Shown piece by piece: positions 20,987 to 31,930 of a stretch of 64,000 bases of DNA. Position numbers and translations under genes: made by a program. This DNA comes from Gammaproteobacteria bacterium (GTDB lineage: Bacteria > Pseudomonadota > Gammaproteobacteria > Eutrophobiales > Eutrophobiaceae): NCBI GenBank assembly GCA_965226155.1, contig OZ245331.1, positions 207,997 to 271,996 of the forward strand, given 5' to 3'. The notes under the pieces are model-generated. The model ran no database searches, was not told where the DNA came from, and saw only the letters and a list, made by a program, of their open reading frames with translations. Position 1 is the stretch's first letter. Each line of letters opens with the position of its first letter.

Positions 20987-22774
20987 ATGAGTAAAGCCGC
21001 AAAAATACAGTCCGACCAAGAGATCTCAATTGATTTCGTACTCGAACAATTAGAGCATGGCAAGATCGTTAGTCCTCAGCAGGTTGCCCAAATGCATAGC
21101 CACCTCACCGATGAATCGATAGATAGCACTCATCCTCTTGTCACTATCGCTGATCAGGGTTGGCAAAGTGCGACGACTCCACCATACCCACTGACACTCG
21201 ATAAGCTGACTCGCTGGCTAGCAAATAAATCAAGCCAAGAATATATCCGTATTGATCCCCTGAAGATAGATGTCGGCAATGTTACGAGTGTAGTATCCCA
21301 AGCCTATGCCAATAATCTCAAGACCCTGCCGATATCAGTAACCGATACTGAACTGACGATTGCAACCTGTGAACCTTATATCACAGATTGGGAGAATGAA
21401 CTTGAACGGATAACGAGACGCAAAATCAAACGTGTCATCATCAGTCCCAAGGATATTGAGCGATACCTTGTAGAATTTTATGGCGTCAGCCGCTCCATCA
21501 TGGGAGTAGTGGTAGCGAACAAAAACAAATCTATCAGCTCGATTCAGAATTTTGAACAACTAGTCGAAGTTGGCCAAGCAGGTGAGCCGGATGCTAATGA
21601 TAAACACATAGTCAGCTTGGTAGACTGGGTCTTGCAATTTGCTTTTGAGCAAAGAGCTAGTGATATCCACCTAGAACCTAGACGTGACAAGGGACGGGTC
21701 AGATTTCGAATCGATGGTGTCCTACATATGGTGCATGAATTCCCCATTGTATTAATGGGAGCAATCACTAGCAGATTAAAATCTCTAGGACGTATGGACA
21801 TTTCTGACAAACGCAGACCCCAGGATGGACGAATTAAATCCAAGACACCATATGGAAATGAAATTGAGATGAGACTTTCTACCATGCCAACTACGTTTGG
21901 CGAAAAACTGGTATTGAGAATATTTGATCCTGATATGCTCATTAAAGATTTTGTTGAGCTAGCCTTTACTCGTCATGACAAACAGTGCTGGGATGAGATG
22001 ATAGATAATCCTCACGGCATAATTCTAATCACTGGCCCCACTGGTTCTGGAAAAACAACTACCTTATATTCGGCGCTTAAACAAATCGCCCGTCCTGAAC
22101 TGAATATATGTACTATTGAGTACCCTATTGAAATGGTTGACCCGCTATTTAACCAGATGCAGGTCCAGCCAATAATCGATGTCACTTTTGCGAGTGGTGT
22201 CAGAACATTATTACGCCAGGACCCTGATATCATCATGATTGGTGAGATCCGCGACCGGGAGACCGCTGAAGTAGCGATACAAGCCTCCCTGACTGGCCAT
22301 TTGGTTTTGTCCAGCCTGCATACTAATGATGCCCCATCTACTATCACTCGCCTGATAGATATTGGTGCACAGCCTTATTTAATTAGTGCGACTCTTTGGG
22401 GGATAATTGCGCAAAGATTAATACGGACATTGTGCCCACATTGTAAGCAACAAACGGAGATTGATCGAAACGCGTGGGGAAAATTGGTTGCTCCTGCAAA
22501 AACGAAATTGCCAAAATCCGTCTTCCAACCGGCTGGTTGTGATGAATGTCGTCATACAGGCTATATGGGTCGTGTTGGTATTTATGAGTCACTACTGGTA
22601 GATAAAGATATACGTAAATCAATCAGCACCAATAACGATCTGCACTGTTATTATCAGGCCGCTGAAAAGCAGGGGATGCGTAATATACGCCTCAGTGGGG
22701 CACAGAAAGTTGCTGACGGTCTGACAACCCTGGAAGAAATCTATTCGGTAGTTCCTCCAAATAAAGATGAATAG
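20987..22774 (+). CDS. GspE/PilB-family secretion ATPase (stand-alone)
   Basis: [44 protein letters not shown] and a tetracysteine motif CPHC...CDEC. Confidence 0.93.
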   Translation: MSKAAKIQSDQEISIDFVLEQLEHGKIVSPQQVAQMHSHLTDESIDSTHPLVTIADQGWQSATTPPYPLTLDKLTRWLANKSSQEYIRIDPLKIDVGNVTSVVSQAYANNLKTLPISVTDTELTIATCEPYITDWENELERITRRKIKRVIISPKDIERYLVEFYGVSRSIMGVVVANKNKSISSIQNFEQLVEVGQAGEPDANDKHIVSLVDWVLQFAFEQRASDIHLEPRRDKGRVRFRIDGVLHMVHEFPIVLMGAITSRLKSLGRMDISDKRRPQDGRIKSKTPYGNEIEMRLSTMPTTFGEKLVLRIFDPDMLIKDFVELAFTRHDKQCWDEMIDNPHGIILITGPTGSGKTTTLYSALKQIARPELNICTIEYPIEMVDPLFNQMQVQPIIDVTFASGVRTLLRQDPDIIMIGEIRDRETAEVAIQASLTGHLVLSSLHTNDAPSTITRLIDIGAQPYLISATLWGIIAQRLIRTLCPHCKQQTEIDRNAWGKLVAPAKTKLPKSVFQPAGCDECRHTGYMGRVGIYESLLVDKDIRKSISTNNDLHCYYQAAEKQGMRNIRLSGAQKVADGLTTLEEIYSVVPPNKDE

Positions 22775-22858
22775 TCATCTGTAAGTATCAGTAACAAGTT
22801 GGTTACTCAATACCACCTGCAACTTTCCTACTTTTAACTTACAAACTTACCACTGATG

Positions 22859-23767
22859 TCATCCTCGCGGATGATGTTTAGCATGCAAGTCCTTAAGACG
22901 CTCTTTAGCAACATGAGTATAGATCTGAGTAGTTGAGATATCACTGTGTCCCAACAGCATCTGCACCACACGTAAATCTGCCCCATGGTTTAGTAGGTGA
23001 GTAGCAAAAGCGTGGCGTAAAATATGAGGAGACAATGATTTACTGATCCCTGCCCGCACAGAATAACGTTTAATTGCGTACCAAAAAGTCTGGCGTGTCA
23101 TTGCCGAACCTCTGTTTGATGGAAATAAACTAGCATCGGGATCTCGTTTGAAAAAATTAGGCCTCCCTTCACCCAGGTAGCGAGAAAGCCAGTCCATTGC
23201 TTCTTCACCCAGCGGGACTAGTCTCTCCTTGTTGCCCTTACCGATTACTCGAATCACACCTTGGCGAAGATTAATCTGATCTAGTCGTAAATTAACTAGT
23301 TCCGATACCCTGAGACCCGTCGCATAAAGAACTTCAAGCATCGTCCTGTCACGTATGCCTATATCAGTTTTGATATCAGGTGCATGCAGTAAGGCCTCGA
23401 CTTCAGATTCTGTTAGTGTCTTTGGTAACGGCCGTCCCAACCTAGGTGATTCAATCGTTGAAGTCGGATCTTCCTTTATTAGGCCTTCATTAACCAGGAA
23501 TTGAAAAAATCGCCGTAAACTGGATAGACGTCTTGTAGTTGTGCGGACAGACCGCTTGCTATTAGAACCGAGAAAGACAAGCAATTCGCCAGCTTTGCTG
23601 TCAAGCAATGTATTACCTTGCTGATGCTGCCATTTTGTAAACCCATAAAGATCATTTCTATAGGCCTGCAATGTATTATCACTCAGCCCTCTTTCAACCC
23701 ACAGAGCGTCTAAGAACCGATCAATACTTGACTTTTCCTTCTCTAGTTCCCGGTCATCTTTTGACAT
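22859..23767 (-). CDS. xerD: Tyrosine recombinase XerD
   Basis: LYATGLRVSEL, GKGNKER, SPHILRHAFATH, LGHSDISTTQIYTH and C-terminal HHPRG. Confidence 0.96.
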   Translation of the reverse strand: MSKDDRELEKEKSSIDRFLDALWVERGLSDNTLQAYRNDLYGFTKWQHQQGNTLLDSKAGELLVFLGSNSKRSVRTTTRRLSSLRRFFQFLVNEGLIKEDPTSTIESPRLGRPLPKTLTESEVEALLHAPDIKTDIGIRDRTMLEVLYATGLRVSELVNLRLDQINLRQGVIRVIGKGNKERLVPLGEEAMDWLSRYLGEGRPNFFKRDPDASLFPSNRGSAMTRQTFWYAIKRYSVRAGISKSLSPHILRHAFATHLLNHGADLRVVQMLLGHSDISTTQIYTHVAKERLKDLHAKHHPRG

Positions 23768-24231
23768 GACACACCTTCATGCTCAAGCAACCATTCTTTA
23801 ACCTGAAGCTGTTTTAATTTTCCCATATAACCGCCGATTCCCTGTGCAGAAACAATCCGATGACATGGCACTAAAATTACTACTGGATTAGTGCGACATG
23901 CCATACCAATAGCACGGTTGCCAGTCTTAAGTTTTTTAGCAAGTTGGCCATAGGTTACAACGGCTCCCATAGGAATATTTTGCATTTCACGCCATACACG
24001 CTTCTGGAATTGCGTACCTAGCAATTTCAGAGGGAATTCTGGGAATTTATTAGAGTATTTAAAATAGCGAGACACGGCATTACAAACATCTTTGGCAAAT
24101 CGACCCTTGGGAGGCACTAATCTGGTTTGCTGATTAAGCCAAAACAATCCTGAAACAGAGCTATCTTCTGTAATCACACCCAGTTTACCGATAGGTGTTT
24201 TAATAACACAATCCGGCGATGCATTGATCAC
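23743..24231 (-). CDS. ogt: Methylated-DNA-protein-cysteine methyltransferase (Ogt-like); start uncertain
   Basis: GTQFQKRVW, TYGQLA, RAIGMAC and active site VPCHRIV. Confidence 0.9.
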   Translation of the reverse strand: MINASPDCVIKTPIGKLGVITEDSSVSGLFWLNQQTRLVPPKGRFAKDVCNAVSRYFKYSNKFPEFPLKLLGTQFQKRVWREMQNIPMGAVVTYGQLAKKLKTGNRAIGMACRTNPVVILVPCHRIVSAQGIGGYMGKLKQLQVKEWLLEHEGVSCQKMTGN

Positions 24232-24276
24232 GTCTTGACGCCCGGCTCTACATAATGGAGGCAATAAATCAAATTA

Positions 24277-24300
24277 CTCATTCATATCACCATGAATGAG
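24277..24300. terminator. Hairpin after rplS
   Basis: CTCATTCAT-ATCACC-ATGAATGAG, a perfect 9-bp stem. No clear U-tract. Confidence 0.45.
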
Positions 24301-24319
24301 ATATTGCCACACACGTCTG

Positions 24320-24703
24320 TTAGTCTTTACTCTCAGTCTTACCCGAATCAATAGTTGTAGAAATTTTTTCTTTAATTCTGGATGCCTTACCACGCAGATC
24401 ACGCATGTAATATAATTTCGCTCGTCGGACATCGCCACGTCGTTTCACCTTAATACTGGTGATAGTTGGAGAATGGGACTGAAAAACCCTTTCAACTCCC
24501 TCCCCATAAGATATCTTACGCACTGTAAATGATGAATTTAATCCACGATTTTTCTTGGCGATGACTACACCTTCGAAAGCCTGCACGCGTTCGCGCTTTC
24601 CTTCGATAACCTTAACACTGACGATAACAGTATCGCCTGGACTAAAATCGGGTATATCCTGATTTAGCTGTTCTGTTTCAATTTGTTCAATAATATTACT
24701 CAT
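24320..24703 (-). CDS. rplS: 50S ribosomal protein L19
   Basis: [26 protein letters not shown] and VRRAKLYY. Confidence 0.98.
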   Translation of the reverse strand: MSNIIEQIETEQLNQDIPDFSPGDTVIVSVKVIEGKRERVQAFEGVVIAKKNRGLNSSFTVRKISYGEGVERVFQSHSPTITSIKVKRRGDVRRAKLYYMRDLRGKASRIKEKISTTIDSGKTESKD

Positions 24704-24724
24704 AATAGCTACTCCGAAATATAT

Positions 24725-25465
24725 TCACTCAGATTGATCCGATTTAATTTCATCCAACAACTTTTGTTGCTCATCATTCAGTTCAACTTTATCCAGTAAA
24801 TCTGACCTTCGTTGCCATGTCCTGGCTAGCGCCTGTTTCATACGCCAGCGATTGATCTGAATGTGATCCCCGCTCACGAGTACTTCAGGAACATGCATCC
24901 CATCGGTCTCTTCAGGTCTAGTATAGTGTGGATAGTCAAGCAGTCCATTTGCAAATGAGTCTTCACCGGCAGAGTCCTCATGCCCCAATACACCAGGTAT
25001 TGTTCTCGCTATGGTGTCAATCAGCACCATCGCAGGCAATTCACCCCCACTAACCACATAATCTCCGATAGACCATTCCTCATCGACTTCACTTTCAATA
25101 ATTCTTTCATCTATCCCTTCGTAACGTCCACACACCAAAATAAGCTGGCTATTTTCAGCAATTCGATTAACGCCATACTGGTCTAGCCTTCTCCCTTGTG
25201 GTGATAGATAAATTACTTTAGCTCCATCTAGTAATTGTCTTGCTGCTTTTATAGCATCAGTTATGGGCTGTACAGCCATCACCATTCCTGGACCGCCGCC
25301 ATATGGTCTATCATCGACTGCCCGATGCTTATTTTGCGCATAATCGCGTGGGTCAAAACTTCTTATCTTTAATAAACCATTTTTTACAGCTCTGCCGGTA
25401 ATACCATATTCCATTATCCCGTTCACCATCTCGGGAAACAAGGTAATCACCGCAACATGAAACAT
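24725..25465 (-). CDS. trmD: tRNA (m1G37) methyltransferase
   Basis: [22 protein letters not shown] and [11 protein letters not shown]. Confidence 0.98.
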   Translation of the reverse strand: MFHVAVITLFPEMVNGIMEYGITGRAVKNGLLKIRSFDPRDYAQNKHRAVDDRPYGGGPGMVMAVQPITDAIKAARQLLDGAKVIYLSPQGRRLDQYGVNRIAENSQLILVCGRYEGIDERIIESEVDEEWSIGDYVVSGGELPAMVLIDTIARTIPGVLGHEDSAGEDSFANGLLDYPHYTRPEETDGMHVPEVLVSGDHIQINRWRMKQALARTWQRRSDLLDKVELNDEQQKLLDEIKSDQSE

Positions 25466-26005
25466 CTAGCTGAACTCCGGGTCCCAATCTACAACCACTC
25501 GTCCAATCTGCAGGTCAACTTCCTTAATGTACCGGTCTAAGATAAGTGGGATCAAGTAGCGTCGCTCACCTTCGGTAATCATCACATCATTGGCACCGGT
25601 TTCTTGGATTGATGATACCTTCCCAAGACAAGCGCCTTCTAGATTTATCACATTCAGATCTATTAAGTCACACCAGTAGTATTGGCCCGACTCTAAATCA
25701 GGCATCTGTTCCCTCAGTACTTCAATGTTCTTTCCAACTAGGGCAGTCGCTTTATCCCTGTCGTCGATCCCTTCAAGTTTTGCAATCGGGCCCTTAGCAC
25801 TAACTTCGCTATCCATGATGACTAGCTCGTCCCTGTTGGATTTTTCACCAACTAGCCATGGGCTATAAGTTAGAATATTTTCCTTGGGCCTGGTATAGGA
25901 AGAAATTCGCAGCCAACCGTTTACACCGTACACTCCGATGATTATACCTACAATGACCCTGCGTTTTTTCTCCGTCCCGCTGTCTGCAGGTCCCGTCATG
26001 GGCAA
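25466..26005 (-). CDS. rimM: Ribosome maturation factor RimM
   Basis: GVYGVNGWL, YYWCDLI and ETGANDV, located between rpsP and trmD. Confidence 0.95.
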   Translation of the reverse strand: MPMTGPADSGTEKKRRVIVGIIIGVYGVNGWLRISSYTRPKENILTYSPWLVGEKSNRDELVIMDSEVSAKGPIAKLEGIDDRDKATALVGKNIEVLREQMPDLESGQYYWCDLIDLNVINLEGACLGKVSSIQETGANDVMITEGERRYLIPLILDRYIKEVDLQIGRVVVDWDPEFS

Positions 26006-26010
26006 TTAGG

Positions 26011-26268
26011 TTAGACCGTAGCTGTAACCTGGCTGTTTTGTTTCAACAACGCAGTAACACGATCTGTAGTCCTGGCACCTTGTGATAACCAATATTCAAC
26101 ACGTTCTTGTTCAACTTGTAGTTCCACTTCGCTACCCACCGCAATCGGATTATAGTACCCAAGTCGTTCAATATAGCGACCATCCCGGCTCCTTCTAGAA
26201 TCCGCGACTACAATATGATAAAAAGGCCTCTTTTTTGCGCCAGCGCGCGCCAATCGAATTGTTACCAT
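26011..26268 (-). CDS. rpsP: 30S ribosomal protein S16
   Basis: [25 protein letters not shown]. Confidence 0.98.
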   Translation of the reverse strand: MVTIRLARAGAKKRPFYHIVVADSRRSRDGRYIERLGYYNPIAVGSEVELQVEQERVEYWLSQGARTTDRVTALLKQNSQVTATV

Positions 26269-26518
26269 TTAATGCACTTTCCTCAATAATGAATATTTAC
26301 AGAGCAGGATTATACCATTCTGAAGAGGCAGGTATTTTACGGTATCTTGCATAAAAAGAAAGGGCAAACAAATAGTTACTGATAGTTTGGCTACTTGGCC
26401 ACTCACTTGGGAAAATGCTGTAGAAGACATCGTGAAATATAATTTCCTGTTTTAAAACAAACTGTTAGGATAAACGGGTTGATCACAGCCTGATGAGGTT
26501 AATAATCACCCTAGTCGT

Positions 26519-27106
26519 ATGCCAGACCCTTTAGATGAAAAAACGCAGCTTCGACCAAGTTTAATTCACCGACGCAGCCAGATTGGGAATGACCAAATTA
26601 CCCAACATAGCAAGACCATACAGTGTCGGTTAATGGCGCTCCCAGAGATACAGGCGTGTAAGAGTATTTTCTGTTTTGTCTCTCTCGCAGAAGAAGTTGA
26701 GACACACAGTCTGATTGATTCGATGTTACAGGAGGGGAAACTACTCACCATTCCTAAGATTATTCATTCCAAACAGATGATCGCAATTCCATTCAAGAAT
26801 TGGTCTGAGCTTACGCCAGGACAGTTGGGCATACTAACGCCCATGTCTAGTGTTTCCTATAAGGGTGAAATCGATGTTTGCATCACACCCGGCATCGGAT
26901 TCACAGCAAACGGTACACGACTCGGTTACGGGCAAGGATATTATGACAAATGGTTGGCAAAACACACTGTAAAATACAAGATTGCCGTCGCGTTTGAATG
27001 TCAGCTAGTGGATAACCTGCCCACAGATGCAAATGATGTCGCTATGGACATGATTGTGACAGAAGAAAGGATAATCAGGGTTCATTCTGAATCGACCAAC
27101 GCCTAG
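26519..27106 (+). CDS. ygfA: 5-formyltetrahydrofolate cyclo-ligase
   Basis: PGIGF...RLGYGQGYYD and D...DMIVTE. Confidence 0.9.
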   Translation: MPDPLDEKTQLRPSLIHRRSQIGNDQITQHSKTIQCRLMALPEIQACKSIFCFVSLAEEVETHSLIDSMLQEGKLLTIPKIIHSKQMIAIPFKNWSELTPGQLGILTPMSSVSYKGEIDVCITPGIGFTANGTRLGYGQGYYDKWLAKHTVKYKIAVAFECQLVDNLPTDANDVAMDMIVTEERIIRVHSESTNA

Positions 27107-27159
27107 GGCATCATTGTTTGATAGCACTGCCAATAAACAAAAATATTTTCCGGCAGTGA

Positions 27160-28227
27160 CTATGACTTACCGAGAGGATTATCTGGATCGACACCATCAC
27201 GGAAGGGTTTTCGCCGATCGATATTAGTCAACTGATAAACTTTTCCGATCCAATTATTAATAACCGCTTCTGCACTGTCATGCCATGTGTTATCCAATTC
27301 AGGTACGATCAAATGCTCTGGAAATTTAGGTGGAGTAGCACTCTTTTGTTTAGCCATTATGACGCTATCACGGTATTCGACTAGAACAGCCCTATTTCGG
27401 ATGTTGAAATAGTTTTCCGGATATCGAGGGTAATTATCAATATCGTCATTTATAAAGCGCCCAACTTCGCGTTTATATTCTTTCATGAGGCTAATAGCAT
27501 CATATTCAGGATGCCCTTGGCAAAAAACAATCCTGAAACCGTCCTGGCTCACTGCTAAATGTACGCCTGCTTGTTCGCTCTCTACCAGTATTATCAATCC
27601 TGCATCATCAAATTGCTTCTTGTCTACTTGGTTAAAACGTGAATGTGGCACATCAAAACGTGTATTTACGCCTGCGACCAGTGGATGCGTTTTATTTACC
27701 ACGTGGTGGGAATACACACCCCAACGTTTTTCCTGCAAAGGAAATCTTTTTATCCCATACCGATATTCTAGTAACGCATGTGTAGCCAGACAGGAACAAA
27801 GGATTGAAGTAACATTCTCATATGCCCAGTCCGTAATCTCCATTAATGGTTTTGAAAATGCCTGATTTGACAAGTCGGGGCCGATCACATTGGCACCTGA
27901 TATTATTAATGCGTCCAACCCATGCTCCTTAATTGTCTCTATATCCGTATAGTAGTTATTAATATGGGCGGTGCCTTCATTGCTCCGCTTCAATTCTTTC
28001 AAGGTAAAAGGGTGCACATTAAATTGGGCTATCTGGTTACTCTCTCCCACCAGCCGTAGAAATTGACGCTCGGTTGCTTCCAGCGCTTTGTCAGGCATCA
28101 TATTCAACAGACCGATATGCAATTCACGTATGTCCTGGTGTAAAGCATGGTCACTGGATAATATTGTCTCGCCCTCTTCCCTCAATCGGGCAAAGCTTGG
28201 TAATGCTGAATTTGCCACTAGAGGCAT
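27160..28227 (-). CDS. metA: Homoserine O-acyltransferase, MetA (HTS) family
   Basis: QDIRELHIGLLNMMP, DALIISGA, catalytic Cys in SCLA, PHSR and GHPEYD. Confidence 0.9.
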   Translation of the reverse strand: MPLVANSALPSFARLREEGETILSSDHALHQDIRELHIGLLNMMPDKALEATERQFLRLVGESNQIAQFNVHPFTLKELKRSNEGTAHINNYYTDIETIKEHGLDALIISGANVIGPDLSNQAFSKPLMEITDWAYENVTSILCSCLATHALLEYRYGIKRFPLQEKRWGVYSHHVVNKTHPLVAGVNTRFDVPHSRFNQVDKKQFDDAGLIILVESEQAGVHLAVSQDGFRIVFCQGHPEYDAISLMKEYKREVGRFINDDIDNYPRYPENYFNIRNRAVLVEYRDSVIMAKQKSATPPKFPEHLIVPELDNTWHDSAEAVINNWIGKVYQLTNIDRRKPFRDGVDPDNPLGKS

Positions 28228-28239
28228 AGTTGCAATCTC

Positions 28240-29079
28240 TTATCTCGAGAGAACATCTGCTATTAACTCAACAAATCCGGTTTCATTTTCTATGTTCTCT
28301 ATTTCATTGGTCGTAACTGTATATCCGTATTCTTCTGCAATCTTTTCATATCTGGGCAAACGTTCATCATATAGTCGTGGAAACACCCAACGTATAAAAT
28401 CATCTGGTTCAATTAATGCCGCATACTCAAGTTGTTGTTGGTCCATATACATTGCTATATGTTTATCAAGAAACTCCTTACGATAATATAGGGGTTTCAG
28501 ATCAGTCTCTGCTCTTTTGATAAGCTCCTTATCATTATCTTTGGTCGACTTGATATAAATTATCAGCGTATTCTCCGCCAATACTGACATTACTTTCTCA
28601 TCATCAAGCTCGCACAGGCTACCACTTGCATCGTTTATGAAATGATCATATCCATATATCTCATGGGCTTTTTGAATAAACTTTGATACATCATGCATAG
28701 CTGCTATTTCAGATGATAGATGCAATGCCTGCCGATGTTTGAATTCAGCTAGGCCGATGCCACCACGTTCCGGGTTGCCAACCTTGCCAAGGAAGGTAGA
28801 CAGGGGATCAAGATTATCAACGCCTATATTGTTGGCAATATGGATTGAATCTGACCTCAACAATTCCTGTAAAAACGGAATCTGCATGGCTTGTTGCTTT
28901 ATATTGTCCAAGATGTCTTCATCCAGGTAACGAGTACCGATCCGGTAGTCACAGGAATAATGAAACCAGTGATGACGGCGCAATATTCGAGCGATACGGG
29001 TTTTACCTACTCCCGACATGCCGAGTAGGGTTATCGCCTTCTGGTCCCATGCCCTGAATTGATTGCCATTGATTCTCAT
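28240..29079 (-). CDS. Uncharacterised P-loop NTPase (kinase-like)
   Basis: Walker A GMSGVGKT near the N-terminus, DYRIGTRYL and NDASGSLCE. Ends 12 bp before metA. Confidence 0.8.
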   Translation of the reverse strand: MRINGNQFRAWDQKAITLLGMSGVGKTRIARILRRHHWFHYSCDYRIGTRYLDEDILDNIKQQAMQIPFLQELLRSDSIHIANNIGVDNLDPLSTFLGKVGNPERGGIGLAEFKHRQALHLSSEIAAMHDVSKFIQKAHEIYGYDHFINDASGSLCELDDEKVMSVLAENTLIIYIKSTKDNDKELIKRAETDLKPLYYRKEFLDKHIAMYMDQQQLEYAALIEPDDFIRWVFPRLYDERLPRYEKIAEEYGYTVTTNEIENIENETGFVELIADVLSR

Positions 29080-29269
29080 ATCACTTGCAAATACTTATAA
29101 AAAAATGAATCCTACCTTAATCTTAATCCCCGTAACATGATTATTTTAACAGATATTAAATGTAACTAATTGATTATTAGAAAGTTATAATATTGATAAT
29201 TACCAAATGCAGGAAAATAACTGCCTTAGGTTATGGTGAACCAAAGAATATCGCGCTAGATGAACTGAT

Positions 29270-29296
29270 AAAAAAAGGGGCCTTCAGCCCCTTTTC
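29270..29296 (-). terminator. Intrinsic terminator after pnp (potentially bidirectional)
   Basis: AAAAAAGGGGC-CTTCA-GCCCCTTTT. Confidence 0.8.
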
Positions 29297-29350
29297 ATCA
29301 CTTAGTTAATTTCCAAGTTAATTTTCGCTAGAAGCTTCTACCTATAGCTA

Positions 29351-31435
29351 TCATTCGTTTACTGCCTTCATACTCAGTCTTACCCGACCTTGCTTATCAA
29401 TTTCTAGGACCTTAACCTTAACCATGTCGCCCTCGGTCAATTTATCGGTAACGTTTTCTACTCGTTCATCACAAATCTGAGAGATATGGACTAAGCCGTC
29501 TTTACCTGGAAGAACGTTAACAAAAGCGCCAAAGTCCATAATTTTGGCAACCTTTCCTTCGTAGATCTTACCGACTTCAACATCAGCTGTCAGCGCCTCG
29601 ATTCTAGCTTGCGCAATATCACTAGCAGTTTTGTCATTAGAATATATCTTTACATTACCATCATCATCAATATCGATAGTCGTTCCTGTTTCTTCGGTCA
29701 ATGCACGGATTACAGCTCCCCCCTTCCCGATTACATCGCGTATTGTTTTAGGATTGATTTTGATCATGGTAATCCGTGGAGCATACTCTGACATCTCTTC
29801 CCTAGGACTAGAAATCGCCGCCTTCATTTTGTCTAGGATATGAAAACGACCATCCTTCGCCTGAGCAAGTGCTACCTCCATAATCTCACTGGTAATTCCA
29901 TCGATTTTGATATCCATCTGCAACGCCGTAATACCTTTTTCAGTACCGGCCACCTTGAAATCCATATCACCAAGATGATCTTCATCACCCATGATGTCCG
30001 ACAGGATTACAAATTTATCGTCATCCTTGATCAAGCCCATAGCAATACCTGCGACGGGTGCCTCTATACCTACTCCCGCATCCATTAACGACATACTGCT
30101 ACCACATACAGATGCCATAGAACTGGATCCATTAGATTCGGTAATTTCTGAAACAACCCGGATGGAATACGGAAAGCTATCCATGTCCGGTAAAACCGCC
30201 ATAATCCCACGCTTAGCCAATTTTCCATGCCCTATCTCACGTCGCTTCGGACCCATCATCCGACGAACTTCACCAACACAAAAAGGTGGGAAATTATAAT
30301 GAAACATAAATTTGTCTTTATATTCCCCTTCAATCGCATCAATGATTTGGGAATCCCGTTCAGTACCCAATGTCGTCACAACCAGTGCCTGTGTCTCGCC
30401 TCTGGTAAACAGAGCAGACCCATGTGTTCGAGGCAACACACCTACCTCAACAGTAATATCTCGAATCGCAGCGGAATCACGACCATCTATACGCGGTTCA
30501 CCGCCGATAATCCCTCCGCGAACAATTGCGCTTTCTAGTTGCTTAAAGGTATTGCTTGTATCTCTCTCCGTCCAACGATCCTCAAATTCCTCTATGATTG
30601 ATGCAACGACTTCGCTGCGGATTTCATCCAATCGTTCTCGCCGACTAATTTTATCTGTAATGGCATAAGCTTCTCTCAGTAAATCGCTGCATCGGTTTTC
30701 TACTTCCTTAGTCAAATCCATGTCCTTTTCCGGAGCAGTCCAGTCCCATGGTTTGACACCGGCATCACTGGCGAAGGAATTAATATTATCAATTACTAAT
30801 TGCATTTGTTCATGTCCAAATGTAACAGCACCCAACATGACAGATTCTGATAATTGTTGCGCTTCCGACTCAACCATTAATACAGAGTCTTTTGTTCCGG
30901 CTACAACTAATTCAAGCTCGGAACTTGTTAACTCCTCGTAACTCGGATTAATAATATAGTTACCGTCTTTATAGCCGACACGAGCAACACCAATGGGGCC
31001 ATTAAAAGGCACACCAGATAGAGCAATACTGGCAGATGTCGCTATCATTGCTGGTATGTCGGGGTTTATCTCTGGATCAAGCGAAAGAACATTTATAATA
31101 ATTTGAACTTCGTTATTGAATCCTTTCGGAAATAAAGGCCGGATTGGTCGATCAATTAATCGGCATGTCAAAGTTTCCTTTTCACTAGGTCTACCCTCAC
31201 GTTTAAAAAATCCACCGGGAATTTTACCCGCTGCATATGTTTTTTCCTGATAATCGACTGTTAACGGAAAGAAATCTCTTTCTGTATCGGAATCTTTACT
31301 AATAACACAAGATGCCAAAACTACAGTATCCCCCATGCTTACTAAAGTCGCCCCGGATGCCTGCCTAGCAATCCTGCCTGTTTCCATTACTATTGTCTTG
31401 TCGCCATACTTGAACTCTTTGGTGACGATATTCAT
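29351..31435 (-). CDS. pnp: Polynucleotide phosphorylase
   Basis: [23 protein letters not shown], plus KH and S1 domains. Confidence 0.98.
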   Translation of the reverse strand: MNIVTKEFKYGDKTIVMETGRIARQASGATLVSMGDTVVLASCVISKDSDTERDFFPLTVDYQEKTYAAGKIPGGFFKREGRPSEKETLTCRLIDRPIRPLFPKGFNNEVQIIINVLSLDPEINPDIPAMIATSASIALSGVPFNGPIGVARVGYKDGNYIINPSYEELTSSELELVVAGTKDSVLMVESEAQQLSESVMLGAVTFGHEQMQLVIDNINSFASDAGVKPWDWTAPEKDMDLTKEVENRCSDLLREAYAITDKISRRERLDEIRSEVVASIIEEFEDRWTERDTSNTFKQLESAIVRGGIIGGEPRIDGRDSAAIRDITVEVGVLPRTHGSALFTRGETQALVVTTLGTERDSQIIDAIEGEYKDKFMFHYNFPPFCVGEVRRMMGPKRREIGHGKLAKRGIMAVLPDMDSFPYSIRVVSEITESNGSSSMASVCGSSMSLMDAGVGIEAPVAGIAMGLIKDDDKFVILSDIMGDEDHLGDMDFKVAGTEKGITALQMDIKIDGITSEIMEVALAQAKDGRFHILDKMKAAISSPREEMSEYAPRITMIKINPKTIRDVIGKGGAVIRALTEETGTTIDIDDDGNVKIYSNDKTASDIAQARIEALTADVEVGKIYEGKVAKIMDFGAFVNVLPGKDGLVHISQICDERVENVTDKLTEGDMVKVKVLEIDKQGRVRLSMKAVNE

Positions 31436-31549
31436 ATCGATTCCCCGAAATATTTGAAATTTGGTTGAGATTTATGGTTACTGGTTAGTTCTGACTTACT
31501 GGAACAACTTGCAAAATCTTGTATGAAGGAGTGCTTGATTACACATAGA

Positions 31550-31819
31550 CTATTTTCGTAGTCCTAACCGGCCTATTAATTCGCGGTAGCGGCCTAGGTC
31601 TGTGCTTTTAAGGTAATCAAGTAATTTACGCCGTTGATTTATCATTCTTAACAAACCTTGGCGGGAATGATGATCTTTTTTGTGAACTTTAAAGTGATCT
31701 GAAAGATCAGTAATTTTAGCTGTTAATAACGCAACCTGGACTTCAGGCGAACCTGTATCTTGTGGCGTAATTTTGTAATCATTCAAAACTTCAGCTGTTT
31801 GCTGCTGATTTAATGCCAT
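31550..31819 (-). CDS. rpsO: 30S ribosomal protein S15
   Basis: [21 protein letters not shown] and LGLRK. Confidence 0.98.
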   Translation of the reverse strand: MALNQQQTAEVLNDYKITPQDTGSPEVQVALLTAKITDLSDHFKVHKKDHHSRQGLLRMINQRRKLLDYLKSTDLGRYRELIGRLGLRK

Positions 31820-31930
31820 TTTGTATAAATGCTCCTAAACTATTGCCTCAATGAAACGGCGCGTATTGTACATAGGCCATCAGGCCTGAACAAGATTAAT
31901 AGAGAAATATTACTAACTCGATAACACATC

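Noticed and set aside
22859-23767. Phage or integron integrase
   Set aside because: Motifs, length and context are those of chromosomal XerD. No att sites or cassettes were seen.
26270-26518. 6S RNA (ssrS) upstream of ygfA
   Set aside because: No long self-complementary rod or 6S-like sequence was recognisable.
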